Assembly: GCF_001194135.2 (NCBI RefSeq)
Contig: NC_068990.1
Location: 84,251,520-84,315,519, forward strand
From: Octopus bimaculoides
Lineage: Eukaryota
Length of the DNA: 64,000 nucleotides
Direction: 5' to 3'
The notes below the pieces were generated by a model that was given only the letters and a program-made list of their open reading frames with translations, was not told the DNA's origin and did not search any database. How positions within the stretch are numbered: position 1 is the first letter of the stretch; every line of letters starts with the position of its first letter. Below, in pieces: positions 1 through 11,879 of the stretch. A program made the position numbers and the translations under genes.

Positions 1-109
1 TGAGCTTGATCTCATTGACTGCCCCCCCCCCCACCTCTTCTAAATTCCTGGCCTTGAGTTTATACAAGCTATAAATATCTATCTAGTACATAAAATGAAT
101 AAATGAGAC

Positions 110-185
110 CAGCTGATTTCTCTGAGAATTATGAAAACAATCAATTGACTGATCAATCACCTCCAACAACCTGTGGATACTGCTA
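110..185 (-). CDS. Candidate internal exon of an unidentified minus-strand gene (SSIHRLLEVIDQSIDCFHNSQRNQL)
   Basis: Very strong acceptor: long pyrimidine tract ending ...ttttacag at 186-240. Only the phase-2 frame is open, matching the phase-2 donors at 9022 and 9244. The donor (CTG|gtctca) is weak. Protein not recognised. Confidence 0.4.
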
Positions 186-880
186 CTGTAAAAATAAAAA
201 AAAAAGAAAGAAAGAAGAAAATAAAGAAATAGAGAAATAAATAACAACAATAAAAGGAAAATATTGATTTCTTTCATTTAGTCACACAATCCTATTTTTT
301 TTTTCTAAATGCTGTGGATGGCATAATAGTTAATTGATCGGACTCAAGTAGATTATTGATTTCCATTGATATTAGTCACTATGCTGAATTTTGCAGTGTA
401 AAGCATAATAAAACTGATAGTACTGACATTTGCTCTTCCAATCAATAAACGGTACTTATTTTACAGACATACACTGGCCCCCAGAAAGGGAACTGAAAAG
501 TAAAATCAACTCCAGTGGCACTTGAACGCAGAGGCAGGAATAAACATTGTGAAACCTTTATAACTTGATTCTGTTTCACCTTTATATAGTTTCTGCATTG
601 TTTCCCTATTAGCTATCGATATCTTAGCTCCCATCCCATCATGAAGGATCACTCAACTGATTTGTATGTTGTCCCAAAACAACACATTCTAATCACTGGC
701 CCTCTGGCACACCACTGCCTTCTCTTCATTCTTCCACTTCTATTGTTTCCTTTGACCTGATTGGTTGATTTTTGTCCTATCCCTTACAAGTCCTCCCTGA
801 TTCACTTATCTCCCCTATGGTTTCCTCATACTGTCTTCACCCTACCCCAATCCCCAGGTTCCACACTAACAACTACTCTT

Positions 881-1160
881 AGAATCAGAGGTTATGGAAA
901 GTGAGGGTAAAATGTATCCCTGTAGTTATAGGTGCATTAGAAATCATTCTTAAAGATTTGAATAGGTGGATGGAGAAAATAGGCATAAAACTCAGGTTAG
1001 TGTAGCTCCAGAAACAGTATTTTTAAGGACAGCTAGGATACTTAGGAAGGTTCTTGGCATCTAGGAAGGTTCTTGACATCTAAGGTTATTTGTTGTAACC
1101 CAATGCTAGGAATTTTTCTTGAACAGTCTAATCTATTGTGCATAAATGAAATAATAATAA
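881..1160 (+). mobile_element. R4/Dong-type (restriction-like endonuclease) non-LTR retrotransposon, 3' end relic
   Basis: Translates to QRLWKVRVKCIPVVIGAL...LQK/TVFLRTARILRKVL*, with one stop and one frameshift. Ends in an (AAT)n tail. Confidence 0.7.
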
Positions 1161-1640
1161 TGTTGATTTCATATTATTGAAATTGTGCTAGAATTCTAGC
1201 ACAATTTCAATAATTCTAAGGGAGAGGCAGGTCAATTACATTGACTCCCAGTGCAGACATTATACCTAAATTAGAATCATTATTATTATCATTTAGTCTT
1301 TTACTCCTCTTGGTTTTGTGTTCAAATTTCATTAAGGTCATCTTTATCTTTCACCCTTTCAAAATTGATAAAATACATACCAGTCAAGTGCTGGGAAAAT
1401 CCAACTGACTATCTCCTTATGAATTAGCAGCCATTGCTGTTGTTTTCTCACTACTGTCAAATTAGTCTTCATACTGCCACATTAATCATCCTTTTCCATT
1501 TAAAAAAACTTCAGACTTCAATAATATTATCAGTCTCATTCAGCTCAATGCTTCAACTATTGCAACAGTCATCAATTCTGCTATGTGGTCACTTGCAATG
1601 ATAAACAATATGGCTTGCTGTAAGGTCATAATTTGAATAT

Positions 1641-1955
1641 TGTGTCGGTGGCACGAAAAAACATTCGAGCGAGGTCGTTGCCAGTGCCGCTGGACTGGCT
1701 CCTGTGCAGGTGGCACGTAAAAAAAACACCATTTGAGCGTGGCCATTGCCAGTACCTCCTGATTGGCTCTCGTGCTGGTGGCACGTAAAAGCACTAACTA
1801 CACTCTTGGAGTGGTTGGCGTTAGGAAGGGCATCCAACTGTAGAAACTCTGCCAGTTCAGATTGGAGCCTGGTGCAGCCATCTGGTTCGCCAGTCCTCAG
1901 TCAAATCGTCTAACCCATACTAGCATGGAAAGTGGACGTTAAACAATGATGATGA
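1641..1955 (+). mobile_element. SINE or short copy sharing the RTE-LINE 3' tail (ends ...ggacgttaaacgatgatgat)
   Basis: The same sequence recurs at 6755-7041(-), 8327-8445(+), 17384-17480(+), 19197-19292(-), 42393-42730(+), 44261-44406(+) and 53491-53633(-). At 47379-47987 it is fused to RTE coding sequence. Confidence 0.8.
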
Positions 1956-2480
1956 TTCAAAATAGACCAAGTGATTCTCTGGCTGCTCATTGTGATGAAC
2001 TGTAGTTAGTCTTGATAGAGAAGTAGTAGTGAAATAGTTATTTTCTAAGCTGGCTAGACATCCAGGGCACTTCTTTTCTTAATGGTTTGGTGAGAAGAAG
2101 GAGGACAGTGCTGACGACTCCTTCCAGGGTCTCTGAGATTAGTGGAAAGAAAGGAAGCAGTTATCCTCAGATGGTTGCAATAGTGTGGAATTTGCTACAA
2201 GTACCCAAGGGCCATGTGGTGGTGATGAATTAAGTCTACCATCTAAAAACAGGAATGATTGTGGCAGGCTTTGATACAGTTTCCGTCTACCAAACTTCAC
2301 TCATAAGGTTTAGCTCAATCAAAGGCTACGATAGAAGATACTTGTCTAAGGTATTTTGCAGTGGGATTGAACCCCAGACCACACACACACACATACACAG
2401 CTTTGCTACAATTGCTTCATGGGGATTGGATTTTTGTATTATAGCTTCATTTTATTGTGTATACAGTTTTGTATACACAA

Positions 2481-2628
2481 TATAAGGCAGTAGCTGCAAG
2501 GTGGTAGCTATAAGGTGGTAACTATAAGGATGCCACATTAATCATTCTCTTTAAGGTGGTAGCTATAAGGTGATAAGCTATAAGGTGGTAGCTATAAGGC
2601 AGTTGCTATAAAGCAGTAGCTATAAGGT
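2481..2628 (+). repeat. Degenerate 14-bp minisatellite (gctataaggtggta)n, about 9 units
   Basis: Tandem units directly visible, with one ~23-bp interruption. Confidence 0.8.
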
Positions 2629-3360
2629 ACCTGTTCTGGTGTTTTACATTCTGAGTTCAAACCCTTCGAAGGTGAACATTGCCGTTCATTCTTTTGTGAC
2701 TAATAGAACTGAGCACTAATCAAATATTGGGGATCAATGATATTGACCTACTCATTGTCCTCAAAATTGCTTCTGGTCTAAATTAGAAACAGTTATTACA
2801 ATCTTCTAAGGTTTGTCTATCAACTTTTATGACAGTTAAAATTTTTTTTTCTTTCTTTCGTTAATAGCCTATTAAATTTTTCAGTTCAATGAAATAAAAA
2901 TAAATTACGTAAATAAACGAAGACAATACGACTTAGGTTTCTTACCGGTTAGCTAAATGAGAAAACCATTTATCTAGGCTAACTAGTCGTTATTTCGCAG
3001 TATTTAAACTAACCACTTCATAGAAGCATTAACATTTATTTCATACCTACGTGTATGAGTGTGTTGTGTGTGTGTGTATGTGTGTGTGTGTGTTGTATGT
3101 GTGGTGGGGGGTGGATGGGGTAAAGGAGTATTATGCGCAAAGGCGTGAGTGTATGAGTACAATACTATCTTCCCTGACTCACCAGCTAATTTTTCCTTCT
3201 CTTTCTAATCACATACAATCAATCATACATCTATGCGTGCATACATCCATCCATTCATTCATACATACATACATAATTTAAATAATAAGGGTGAAAAATT
3301 GAATATTAATTTGATTAATATCAATTTAAAACCAGTGGCCTAGCATTTAGAGTGGAGTAA

Positions 3361-4035
3361 AAACCTGCAGAATTGGTCCCTAAAACAGTGGAAGAATGTT
3401 ATTTTCTTGGACGAGTCATCCTTTACCTTATTCCTGACCACCAGCCGAGTATACATATGGAGACAGCCAAAAGAAGCATTTGACCCAGATTGCCTTCTTC
3501 TAATTGTTAAACATGGAGGAGGATCTGTGATAATCTGGGGGGGGGGGGCTATATCTTGGAAATCCGCCAGCCCAATGGTTTCCCTTCATGGCAGAATTAA
3601 TAGTCAAGACTATTTAAGCATTTTATCTGATCAAATTCATCCTATGGTTGTGGAACTGTTTCCAGAGGGAAACACAATCTTTCAGGGTGATAATGTACCA
3701 ATTCGTAAAGCTAAAGTTGTTACTGAATGGCATGAGGAACATTCTAGTGAAGTTGAACATTTTATCTGGCCACCACAGACCCCAGATCACAATATCATTG
3801 AACATTTATGGTGCATTTTAGAAAAATAAGTAAGGAAGCGATATCCTCCACCATCATCACTACAAGAACTGGAGACTGTTTTAGCTGAAGAATGGACAAA
3901 AATTCCTTCGGAAACAATTCAAACTTTGTACCTCATAGAATTCAAGCTGTGATTACTGCCAAAGCTGTCCCACCCCATATTAAAATAAATTTGTTTGAAA
4001 TCTTAAGGTGTTTCCATTATTTTGTCCAACCCCTG
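3361..4035 (+). mobile_element. Tc1-family DNA transposon, 5'-truncated, transposase pseudogene
   Basis: ORF 3407-3829 contains DES, VKHGGGSVIIWG, FQGDN and WPPQTPDHNIIEHLW (DDE motifs). Premature stop. Right TIR ...ttttgtccaacccctg is followed by TA. Confidence 0.9.
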
Positions 4036-4129
4036 TATATAGATACATACAAGCGGTTTTATGACTTTCTCAGGAGGAACATTTATTAATTTGAAAGAAA
4101 TACAAAAGTGTAATCTCCTTCATTTGATG

Positions 4130-4740
4130 CCCCTTTCTGTCAATTAGTTGGTTACCTGGATGGAATTGTGAACTGATGCATTGTCCAGTGCAGTTGTCAC
4201 TGACCCGACTGGAAGAGCTTTGGTCTTTTGTAATGAAATCTTTTCCTGAACTCCCCTCAAAACCTCCACAAAGTACTCTTTATTGACTGTCTGGCTGGCC
4301 AAAAGGAACTCAGTGGCTGTAGATGATGCTGTTGCTATTGAAAAAGGGAATTGCCATGAGCATCCCAGTGGACTTACTATCCTGGCCTCTTGTGCCAGTG
4401 AAAATCAAATGTTCAACTCCTATAAGTTAGTCCATAAGCAGTGTTGAGCATTTCATAAGTTACTGGGGCAGTTTTGCCCAGTTTTAACACAAAACTTTAT
4501 TTTGCATAGCAAACTTCCAATTTTTTTTCATATCCTGACAACATTCCACAAATTAGTCAGCTGTGACAAGCAATGTTTAGAAGGGTATGCTGAAATTGCA
4601 GTGACAACTTTCTCTTTCAATTTGGAATAATAAAAGTTGGCAGAGTAGCATATAATGATATACTAAAGTCAAAATAATGTAGGACATATATAACTACCTC
4701 TCCTAAAAAAGCCTCACAACTTCTGGAATGTACCTCATAT
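4130..4740 (-). mobile_element. Mariner transposase relic
   Basis: Minus strand gives QTVNKEYFVEVL...KRPKLFQSGQ...DNASVHNS across frameshifts. Confidence 0.65.
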
Positions 4741-4921
4741 ATATAAATTATCTGAAATGTGCAGCATTATATATCCATCACGGTTGATCTTACCAATTGG
4801 TTTCATGCTAGGAATACAATGGAGTGTTAAGTAACAATCCAATTATATAAGCTTATGCTCATCAGAGTTAGCTGATATACACACACACACATATATACAT
4901 AAAAATATATAATAATAATAA

Positions 4922-5240
4922 CCAGTGATTGTAGGATCTCTAGGAATGATAAAAATAGGTACTGAAATCTATTTGAAAATGATACCAGGCTTACCATCCT
5001 TACAGGAATTGCAAAAAATCGTGTTAACTGGAATGACTCATTTACTGAGAAGAGCATTATTGCTGTGAAAACATCCATTCATGAATTTATTTATTTATTA
5101 TTTTTTTTTAGATACATATTTTACCTGTAAATTTGCATGTGTAAACTGGGAATGCATACAACGAGCTTCTCTGCTCTAGGTGTATGGAAAACACTCGGTG
5201 AGGAATGGAAGAAAATTTGAAGAAAGAAGAAAAAAAGCAA
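4922..5240 (+). mobile_element. R4/Dong-type retrotransposon 3' end in a (TAA)n tract
   Basis: Stop-free tail PVIVGSLGMIKIGTEIYLKMIPGLPSLQELQKIVLTGMTHLLRRALLL* (4922-5068). TAA repeats on both sides. Confidence 0.75.
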
Positions 5241-5743
5241 TAATAATAATAATAATTCTTTCTACAGGAGGCACAAGGCCTNNNNNNNNNNTGAGAAGAG
5301 CATTATTGCTGTGAAAACATCCATTCATGAATTTATTTATTTATTATTTTTTTTTAGATACATATTTTACCTGTAAATTTGCATGTGTAAACTGGGAATG
5401 CATACAACGAGCTTCTCTGCTCTAGGTGTATGGAAAACACTCGGTGAGGAATGGAAGAAAATTTGAAGAAAGAAGAAAAAAAGCAATAATAATAATAATA
5501 ATTCTTTCTACAGGAGGCACAAGGCCTCAAATTTGTGGGGAGGGAACTAGTCGATTACATCGACCCCAGTGTTTCACTGATACTTAATTTATTGACCTCG
5601 AAAGGATGAAAGCTAAAGTCAACCTTGGCGGAATTTGAACTCAGAACATTAGTGACGGGTGAAATGCCACTAAGAACTTCGTCTAGCGTGCTAATAATTC
5701 TGCCAGCTTGTCGCCTTAATAGTAATAATAATAATAATAATAA

Positions 5744-5910
5744 TATAACATACAGAAAATTGCACTACTGGGTACTGCACACATCCTACGCAAAACACTT
5801 TCAATACAGTAAACATAAGAGCACCACAGCAAACCACAGCACATACCCAAGGCGCACAGAGCTGCGCTCGGTAGTGAAGTGAAAGCACGTTATAAAAATA
5901 AAACTACTGA
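5744..5910 (+). mobile_element. R4/Dong-type retrotransposon 3' end in a (TAA)n tract
   Basis: YNIQKIALLGTAHILRKTLSIQ* plus 3' UTR. Nearly identical to the reverse complement of 45120-45290. TAA flanks on both sides. Confidence 0.8.
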
Positions 5911-7041
5911 ATAATAATAATAATAATAATAATAACAACAACAATAACATCAACAACAGGTACAGGTATGGTTGGGTGGTAAAAAGTTTGCTACCCAATC
6001 ATTTGGCTCTGGGTTCAGTACTGCTGCATGGTACCTTGGTCAAGTATCTTCTACGACAGCCTTGGGCCAACCAAAGTTTTATGAGTAGACTTGTTAGATG
6101 CAAACTGAAAGAGTTCCAGCGTACATAACCAGTCACACTTGGTTATGCTTGTACATGTGGAAGGAGGGGGCATATTCCCCCTCCCCTCTCGCCTCTCTTT
6201 GACACGTCAAACATTCCCCCACGTTTCCATCTCGCTCCCTTCTATGGTATTGCTGTATTTACCTGAGAGCAGAATTGGTGCATCCCCTCCCCCACCCATA
6301 CTTCTGAACTATTTCCATTCCTCATGCTCCCAGCTCACACTACCTCTACCAGTTGTAGAAACCAAGCCAAATATAACATTAGACCTCGACCCTTTGCAGC
6401 TGGCTGGTTCCTGTCTAACTGTTCCAGTCCATGATAGCATGGAAAGCAGATGTTAAATGATGATGATGTTGATAATGATAATGATGATGTATATGTGTGC
6501 ATTTGTTAGCGTCTCCTGGCATTGATTTCAAGGAGTAGTTGGAATCAAATGTCACCATTAAGCAAGCATTGTCCTTCATTTCCAGTCTTCTGTAAAAAAT
6601 GTGTCTGATTACATGGAATATTACATTACTTGGAAATATCAAAAGGTTGCAAGCATTGAAATATGAACTTTAAACAATGATGACAATAATATATATATAT
6701 ATATATATATGATATACTTCCTTGTAACTATATATATACTTCCTTGTAACTATATCATCATCATCATCATCATCATCGTTTAACGTCCGCTTTCCATGCT
6801 AGCATGGGTTGGACGGTTTGACTGAGGACTGGTGAAACCGGATGGCAACACCAGGCTCCAATCTAATTTGGCAGAGTTTCTACAGCTGGATGTAGTGGGT
6901 GCTTTTATGTGTCACCCGCACGAAAACGGCCACGCTCGAAATGGTGTCTTTTATGTGCCACCCGCACAAGAGCCAGTCCAGGGGCCCTGGCAACGATCTC
7001 ACTTGGCTTGCCGGGTCTTCTCACGCACAGCACATTTCCAA

Positions 7042-7083
<42 letters not shown>

Positions 7084-7235
7084 TTATATATATTTTTTTA
7101 TACCAAAAATTAGGCAAAAGAATATAGTATCTGTCATTTTCATTATTATTATTATTATAATAAAGTATTTTTTCAATGGATCAGTTTTGAGCTCTCTTTA
7201 AAGTCGATATATATATATATATGTATATATATATA

Positions 7236-7414
7236 CTTTATTTAAAAGCAGCAGAAATATAACAAAAAGCTGTTACTTAGAGTTTCACGTTCCCATTCAT
7301 CAGACAGTTTTTTTGTTAGAAATTTTTTTTTTTCCAAGAAAACTGTCCAATGAACAGGAACGTGAAACTCTGAGTAACAGCTTTTTGTTCTATTTCTGCT
7401 GCTTTTAAATAAAG
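7236..7414. mobile_element. Palindromic Penelope-type pLTR relic (75-bp arms) between TA repeats
   Basis: 7236-7310 is an imperfect reverse complement of 7340-7414. Each arm holds a hammerhead-like motif. Confidence 0.7.
7269..7309 (-). ncRNA. Minimal type I hammerhead ribozyme with intact core
   Basis: Minus strand reads ctgt-CTGATGA-atg(ggaa)cgt-GAAA-ctctaag-TA-acag: stem I, core, stem II with a GNRA loop, short stem III and an NUH site. Confidence 0.65.
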
Positions 7415-9021
7415 CATATTACTCTACCTCTGGTATTTGAGTACTCTTTTTTTATGTGCTTACTCTGGTATATATATATATATGTACACACAGACACACA
7501 CACAAGAGAGAAAGTTAAGGTGAACTGTGGACATAGGTCCTGGATGAAGAATTTGGAGATTCATTTGAACACTACTAGTGTTTTCCAAACTGAGTGTATC
7601 TAGGTCTCGCCTATTGTGTGTGTGTGTGTGTGTGTGTCTGTGTTTATGTATGTATGTATGTATTCAGGGTTGCCAATTTAACATATTTTATGCTAGATCT
7701 CTCATTTTTTTTCAGCATTTAGCAGAAAATTTTTGAATCTAGCATTTAGCAGGGAAAATAGTAGGTTTCAAATTCTATGTATTATTTTTTAAGCATTTTT
7801 CTCTGATCATGGCATTTCCACAGTAGTTACCCTTTTTTCTTCTTTTTCCTCCTTTTCTACTTTTGTTAATGTATCTTATAGCCATATTTTAGTACTATTG
7901 GCTATTGTTGAATTTTTCTTTCACTTTCTTGTAACTTCAAATGAAAGTTTATGAAAAGGAAGTTTATCAGGTTATGAACTTTTCCAGGCCCCCACCTCAC
8001 CGGCTTGGATACAGAGGGGTGCTGGTGGGGGAGGGGGAGAAGATAACTCATGTCAGCACCTGAACTCACTACACAATAATGTAAATATGTTGCAAAGAAT
8101 GAAAGCATAGAAATTCGTCCTAACAATGCTTTATTCTGTAGTGATGAGTTTTTAGCACCACAGGTTGACTGATTTACTTTCAGTTTGACTGTTTTAAAAT
8201 AGGCTTGTGTTTCCACATGCTTGTTTTGGATTATATACCTTGTATAGAAGTATGGGGGTGGCGGGGTCTCCCCCTTTATACTGGGTTGTCCGGAAAGTTC
8301 GTGCCGATTTTTAAAGGAAAGAAAAATGCCAAATCAGACTGAAGCCTGGTGTAGCCACCTGGTTCACCAGTCCTCAGTCAAATCGTCCAACCCATGCTAG
8401 CATGGAAAGCGGACGTTAAACGATGATGATGATGATGATGATGATATGTAAATGCGTGCGTTTTTAATAATGTATATATGTGTACATGTTTGTGTGGGTA
8501 GGGATGTGTATGGGTTAAGTTATGTCCATCTAATTAATGTATGTGCGGATGTTGATTCTCAATTCATCATTCTGGTGAATTTGTAAACAAACGAAACACG
8601 ACTAGTCTTGTTAGATCTTTTAAATTTTTAAATTATCAAAGATTTTCACTCGATATTACTGAGTACTTTTTCTTCAATTGTTTTTCTCCCATTTTTAAAA
8701 TGAGTATTTCTTATAACTGGGATCTCTTTATGTATTATGTATGTATATATGTATTTTGCATGCACGTATATATGTATGTGTACACACACACATAAATAGA
8801 TAGATAGATAGATACGCACACATACACAGAAGCACAGACAAACTTTTACATGTTGCACACACACACACACACATACTCTACCACACGTACGGACACAAAT
8901 CAGTTGTATAGATCCCTGTTTGGCATAGCTTGACATAAACAAAGCTTGTTCATTTCGTACTGTGCCATCAGCAGGTGTGAGTATGTCATTGTCATGTTGT
9001 GACTGGCATGTTGTGACTTAC

Positions 9022-9056
9022 TCCAGTAGGTAGTGGCCTGTGTTGTCAGTTTGCAT
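9022..9056 (-). CDS. Candidate first coding exon of the minus-strand gene (MQTDNTGHYLL, phase 2)
   Basis: ATG at 9056-9054 and a perfect gtaagt donor. Splices in frame to exon 185-110, giving MQTDNTGHYLLDSSIHRLLEV... An alternative ATG-GA|gtgagt exon lies at 9248-9244. Confidence 0.35.
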
Positions 9057-9499
9057 ATCTTTCTCTTTCCGTGCTGCCTGCCGAAAATATTCCCCTTTTC
9101 TTTTTCATTCACATGTTTGCAGAAGCTCCTTAAACAAAGAAGAAACAAGAATCCTTGAAATCTGTGACGGAATTTTGCAATACACACACGCACTGTGTAC
9201 ATATGTATGTTTGAGTTTACAAACAGGAGAAAGGAATACTCACTCCATGTAGTGTAGTATATGCTTATTTTACGAAATAGTGTGTACTTATATGCATATA
9301 TATATATATATATANNNNNNNNNNNNNNNNNNNNNNNNNNNNNNNNNNNNNNNNNNNNNNNNNNNNNNNNNNNNNNNNNNNNNNNNNNNNNNNNNNNNNN
9401 NNNNNNNNNNNNNNNNNNNNNNNNNNNNNNNNNNNNNNNNNNNNNNNNNNNNNNNNNNNNNNNNNNNNNNNNNNNNNNNNNNNNNNNNNNNNNTAACAA

Positions 9500-10700
9500 A
9501 CCTTGTAAATCGTCGGGGAAAAAAGCTGGATAATTATTAGATGTGAAGTTTTATTATTAATATTTATATATTTGAGATACGTTGAACAGCTAATGAATGT
9601 GTCTTATAAATAAAGACAGTCAGAAGAAAAGAAGGTTTAGAGGAAGAAAGAAAATTTATCTCCGAACGAGTTATGAAGATAGCCTGAGGAGAAGAGGGAG
9701 GCAAGAAAGAGAGAGAGAGAGGGAGCAAAAAGGAGGGAATAAAGAGGGAGGGTGAAAAAGAAAGAGAAAACAAAGGAGAGATTAAGAGGGACGGAGAAAA
9801 AGAAAGAGAGAACAAGGAGATATAAAGAGAGAAAGGAAGAAAGAAAGAGCAAATGAGGGAAAGATAAAGAGAATGAACGAAGGAAGGAGAAAGAGACACG
9901 ATGTAATCGATAATACAATAAAAGCGAAGAAATCAAACCAGATTCCAAGGTACACGTTCAGTTAATTGACTGCAGTCCTCGCGTCTTTTGGACATCTAAT
10001 ATGATATTATTTTGACACACAAAGCCTTTAAGATATCTATTTATTTTTTTCTGTTCGTGTTCTTTGGTCATCTTAATCTTATATTTTAATAATCTGATGT
10101 TTTCAAGCAGTCTTCTTACTCCACCGTGAGAAGAAACATAAATTTATGCTACCACTAACGACTCAATTGTGACTGCATGGGATATAATATATATTTATTT
10201 ATATATTTCACATTCCTCTAAATATATAAAGTTCATCTATAGATCCTACATTGTTTCCCCTTAGTTGCAATGGATTGGGGAAACGATGCGAACAGGTAAG
10301 TACCATTTAATGCTTGTCACTGTTTTACTTTCTCTTTTCTTAAGTCTTGTTTCGAAGCACATGTCGGACTAAAAGTGGGGGTCCAGTACGTATATAATTT
10401 TGGTGGGAGGTTTTCATTAGCAACGTCCAGCTGGCGTCCTTAGCGCAGCTTATTGCAAGCTTAAATTAAAATTCAGTGTGTAAGAACGATAAACAAACAT
10501 ATATGCTGGGGAGTCGTACAATAAAAGGAACTATCAGTTTATTTTTCTATTATATCTTGCCTTGTCCTTGCTGGTAAATTATTATAAAAGTCAATTTGAA
10601 CATGCATTAGATATCTTTCGATAGAGCACTGCGTTCTGAGACATGTCATTTCATGTTATATTTTCTGCTTTCTCCAAGACTTTATGTTTAAATAAAGTAC
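9500..10700. promoter_or_regulatory. CpG-richer putative bidirectional promoter and 5' UTR region with a ~280-bp purine (GA) tract
   Basis: About 28 CpG in 1.2 kb versus about 6 in 24.4-25.85 kb (hand count). Lies between divergent start exons. Candidate non-coding exon donor AAG|gtacac at 9949/9950. Confidence 0.5.
10270..10295 (+). CDS. GRTP1: GRTP1 coding exon 1 (MDWGNDAN + AG)
   Basis: ATG followed by a perfect AG|gtaagt donor. Phase 2 fits exon 2, and the resulting N-terminus length matches vertebrate GRTP1. Confidence 0.7.
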
Positions 10701-11879
10701 TGACAGTATTATAAATAAATGGAATTCTAGAGCACCTAACTAGAACATTTTACTGTATCTAGTTCAAAGTATCACTTAGTTTTGACTTTTAAAAAATTCC
10801 AGTCTTCTATAACATAACAACAGAAAATCTATAGTTATTATTTTTCATAAAGTGAAAGTATATCACAGCATTCATCTTCTAACTGGAGACAATCTTGTTA
10901 TTATTTTGAGTGGCAGAATTAGTAGATCAATTGGTAAATTACCCTGCCGTAATTTAGTTATGTCCCTTTATGTTCCGAGTTCAAATCCCTTCGTTTGTTA
11001 TTCGATCTCTAAGTACTATAAAATGCCAATCAAGTATTGACTTCGATTGCTGCCCCTCCTCTTTCCGAATTTGTGGCATTGTGATTGACAGGATATTTAG
11101 AGCGTCGGAAAAAAAAATGTCTTGCAGTTTAACTTCTAGCTCTACATTTTGAGTTCAAATCCCATCCGAAGTCAAGTTTGCCTTTTATCCTTTTGGGATT
11201 GATAAGATAAAATACAAATCCTGTACTGGGAGAGGGGTCGATGCAATCGACTAACTCTGCCACCCGTAAAATTATACTAAAATTTGAAGCAATTATTACC
11301 AAAGGCTACAAGCTGGCAGAATAATTAGTGTCTGATAAAAATGCTTCATGATATTTCTTCTGGTTCTTTATGTTTCTGAGCTCAAATTTCACCTTCAGTC
11401 CTTTTGGGGTCGATAAAATGAAGTACCAGTTTATTAATCTCTCTCCCCTCAATCAGAAACCATTACTATTATTATTGTGGCTTACAAAACGACCAATCAA
11501 AATGCCTTGTAGTATTTGTTTTTGGTTACCCCTTTACATTTTGCATTCAAATCTTGCTGAGGTTGACTTTGTCATTCATTTTCCCAATTAAGTAGGAGTT
11601 GGTTAAATGAAATGCACTTCTCAAAACTCGTTTTCAGGAATGTACTAAATACTTAAAGGTATTCAACCATCACTGCTAATCTGCCATCATTGCTAATCTA
11701 CCATCCTATTAATGAAAATAAGTTATGATGGTTTCTTTTATTGCCATAATACTGAGAGATGTGGGGGGATATTATCACAATAAATAAAACAGTCTCAATA
11801 GGTGGAGAGCTCCTTTGGACCTGTTGGTCAACATCAAATAAATTCTGATTTACTCTGACTAACAAATACAAATACCTTA

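Noticed and set aside
5045-5527. Exact ~237-bp tandem duplication (5045-5281 and 5291-5527)
   Set aside because: The copies are identical and separated by a short N-gap, which is typical of unmerged contig overlap. The same applies around 47583-47650.
6832-7127. Recurrent ORFs MKPDGNTRLQS.../MSPARKRPRSKW... (also 42393, 47452, 47559, 1589)
   Set aside because: These are translations of the RTE-tail SINE/UTR, not a gene family.
9123-9252. Plus-strand exon candidate after the strong acceptor ...acatgtttgcag
   Set aside because: Two frames stop quickly and the third has no convincing donor or partner exon. The minus-strand donors explain the region better, though this is not excluded.
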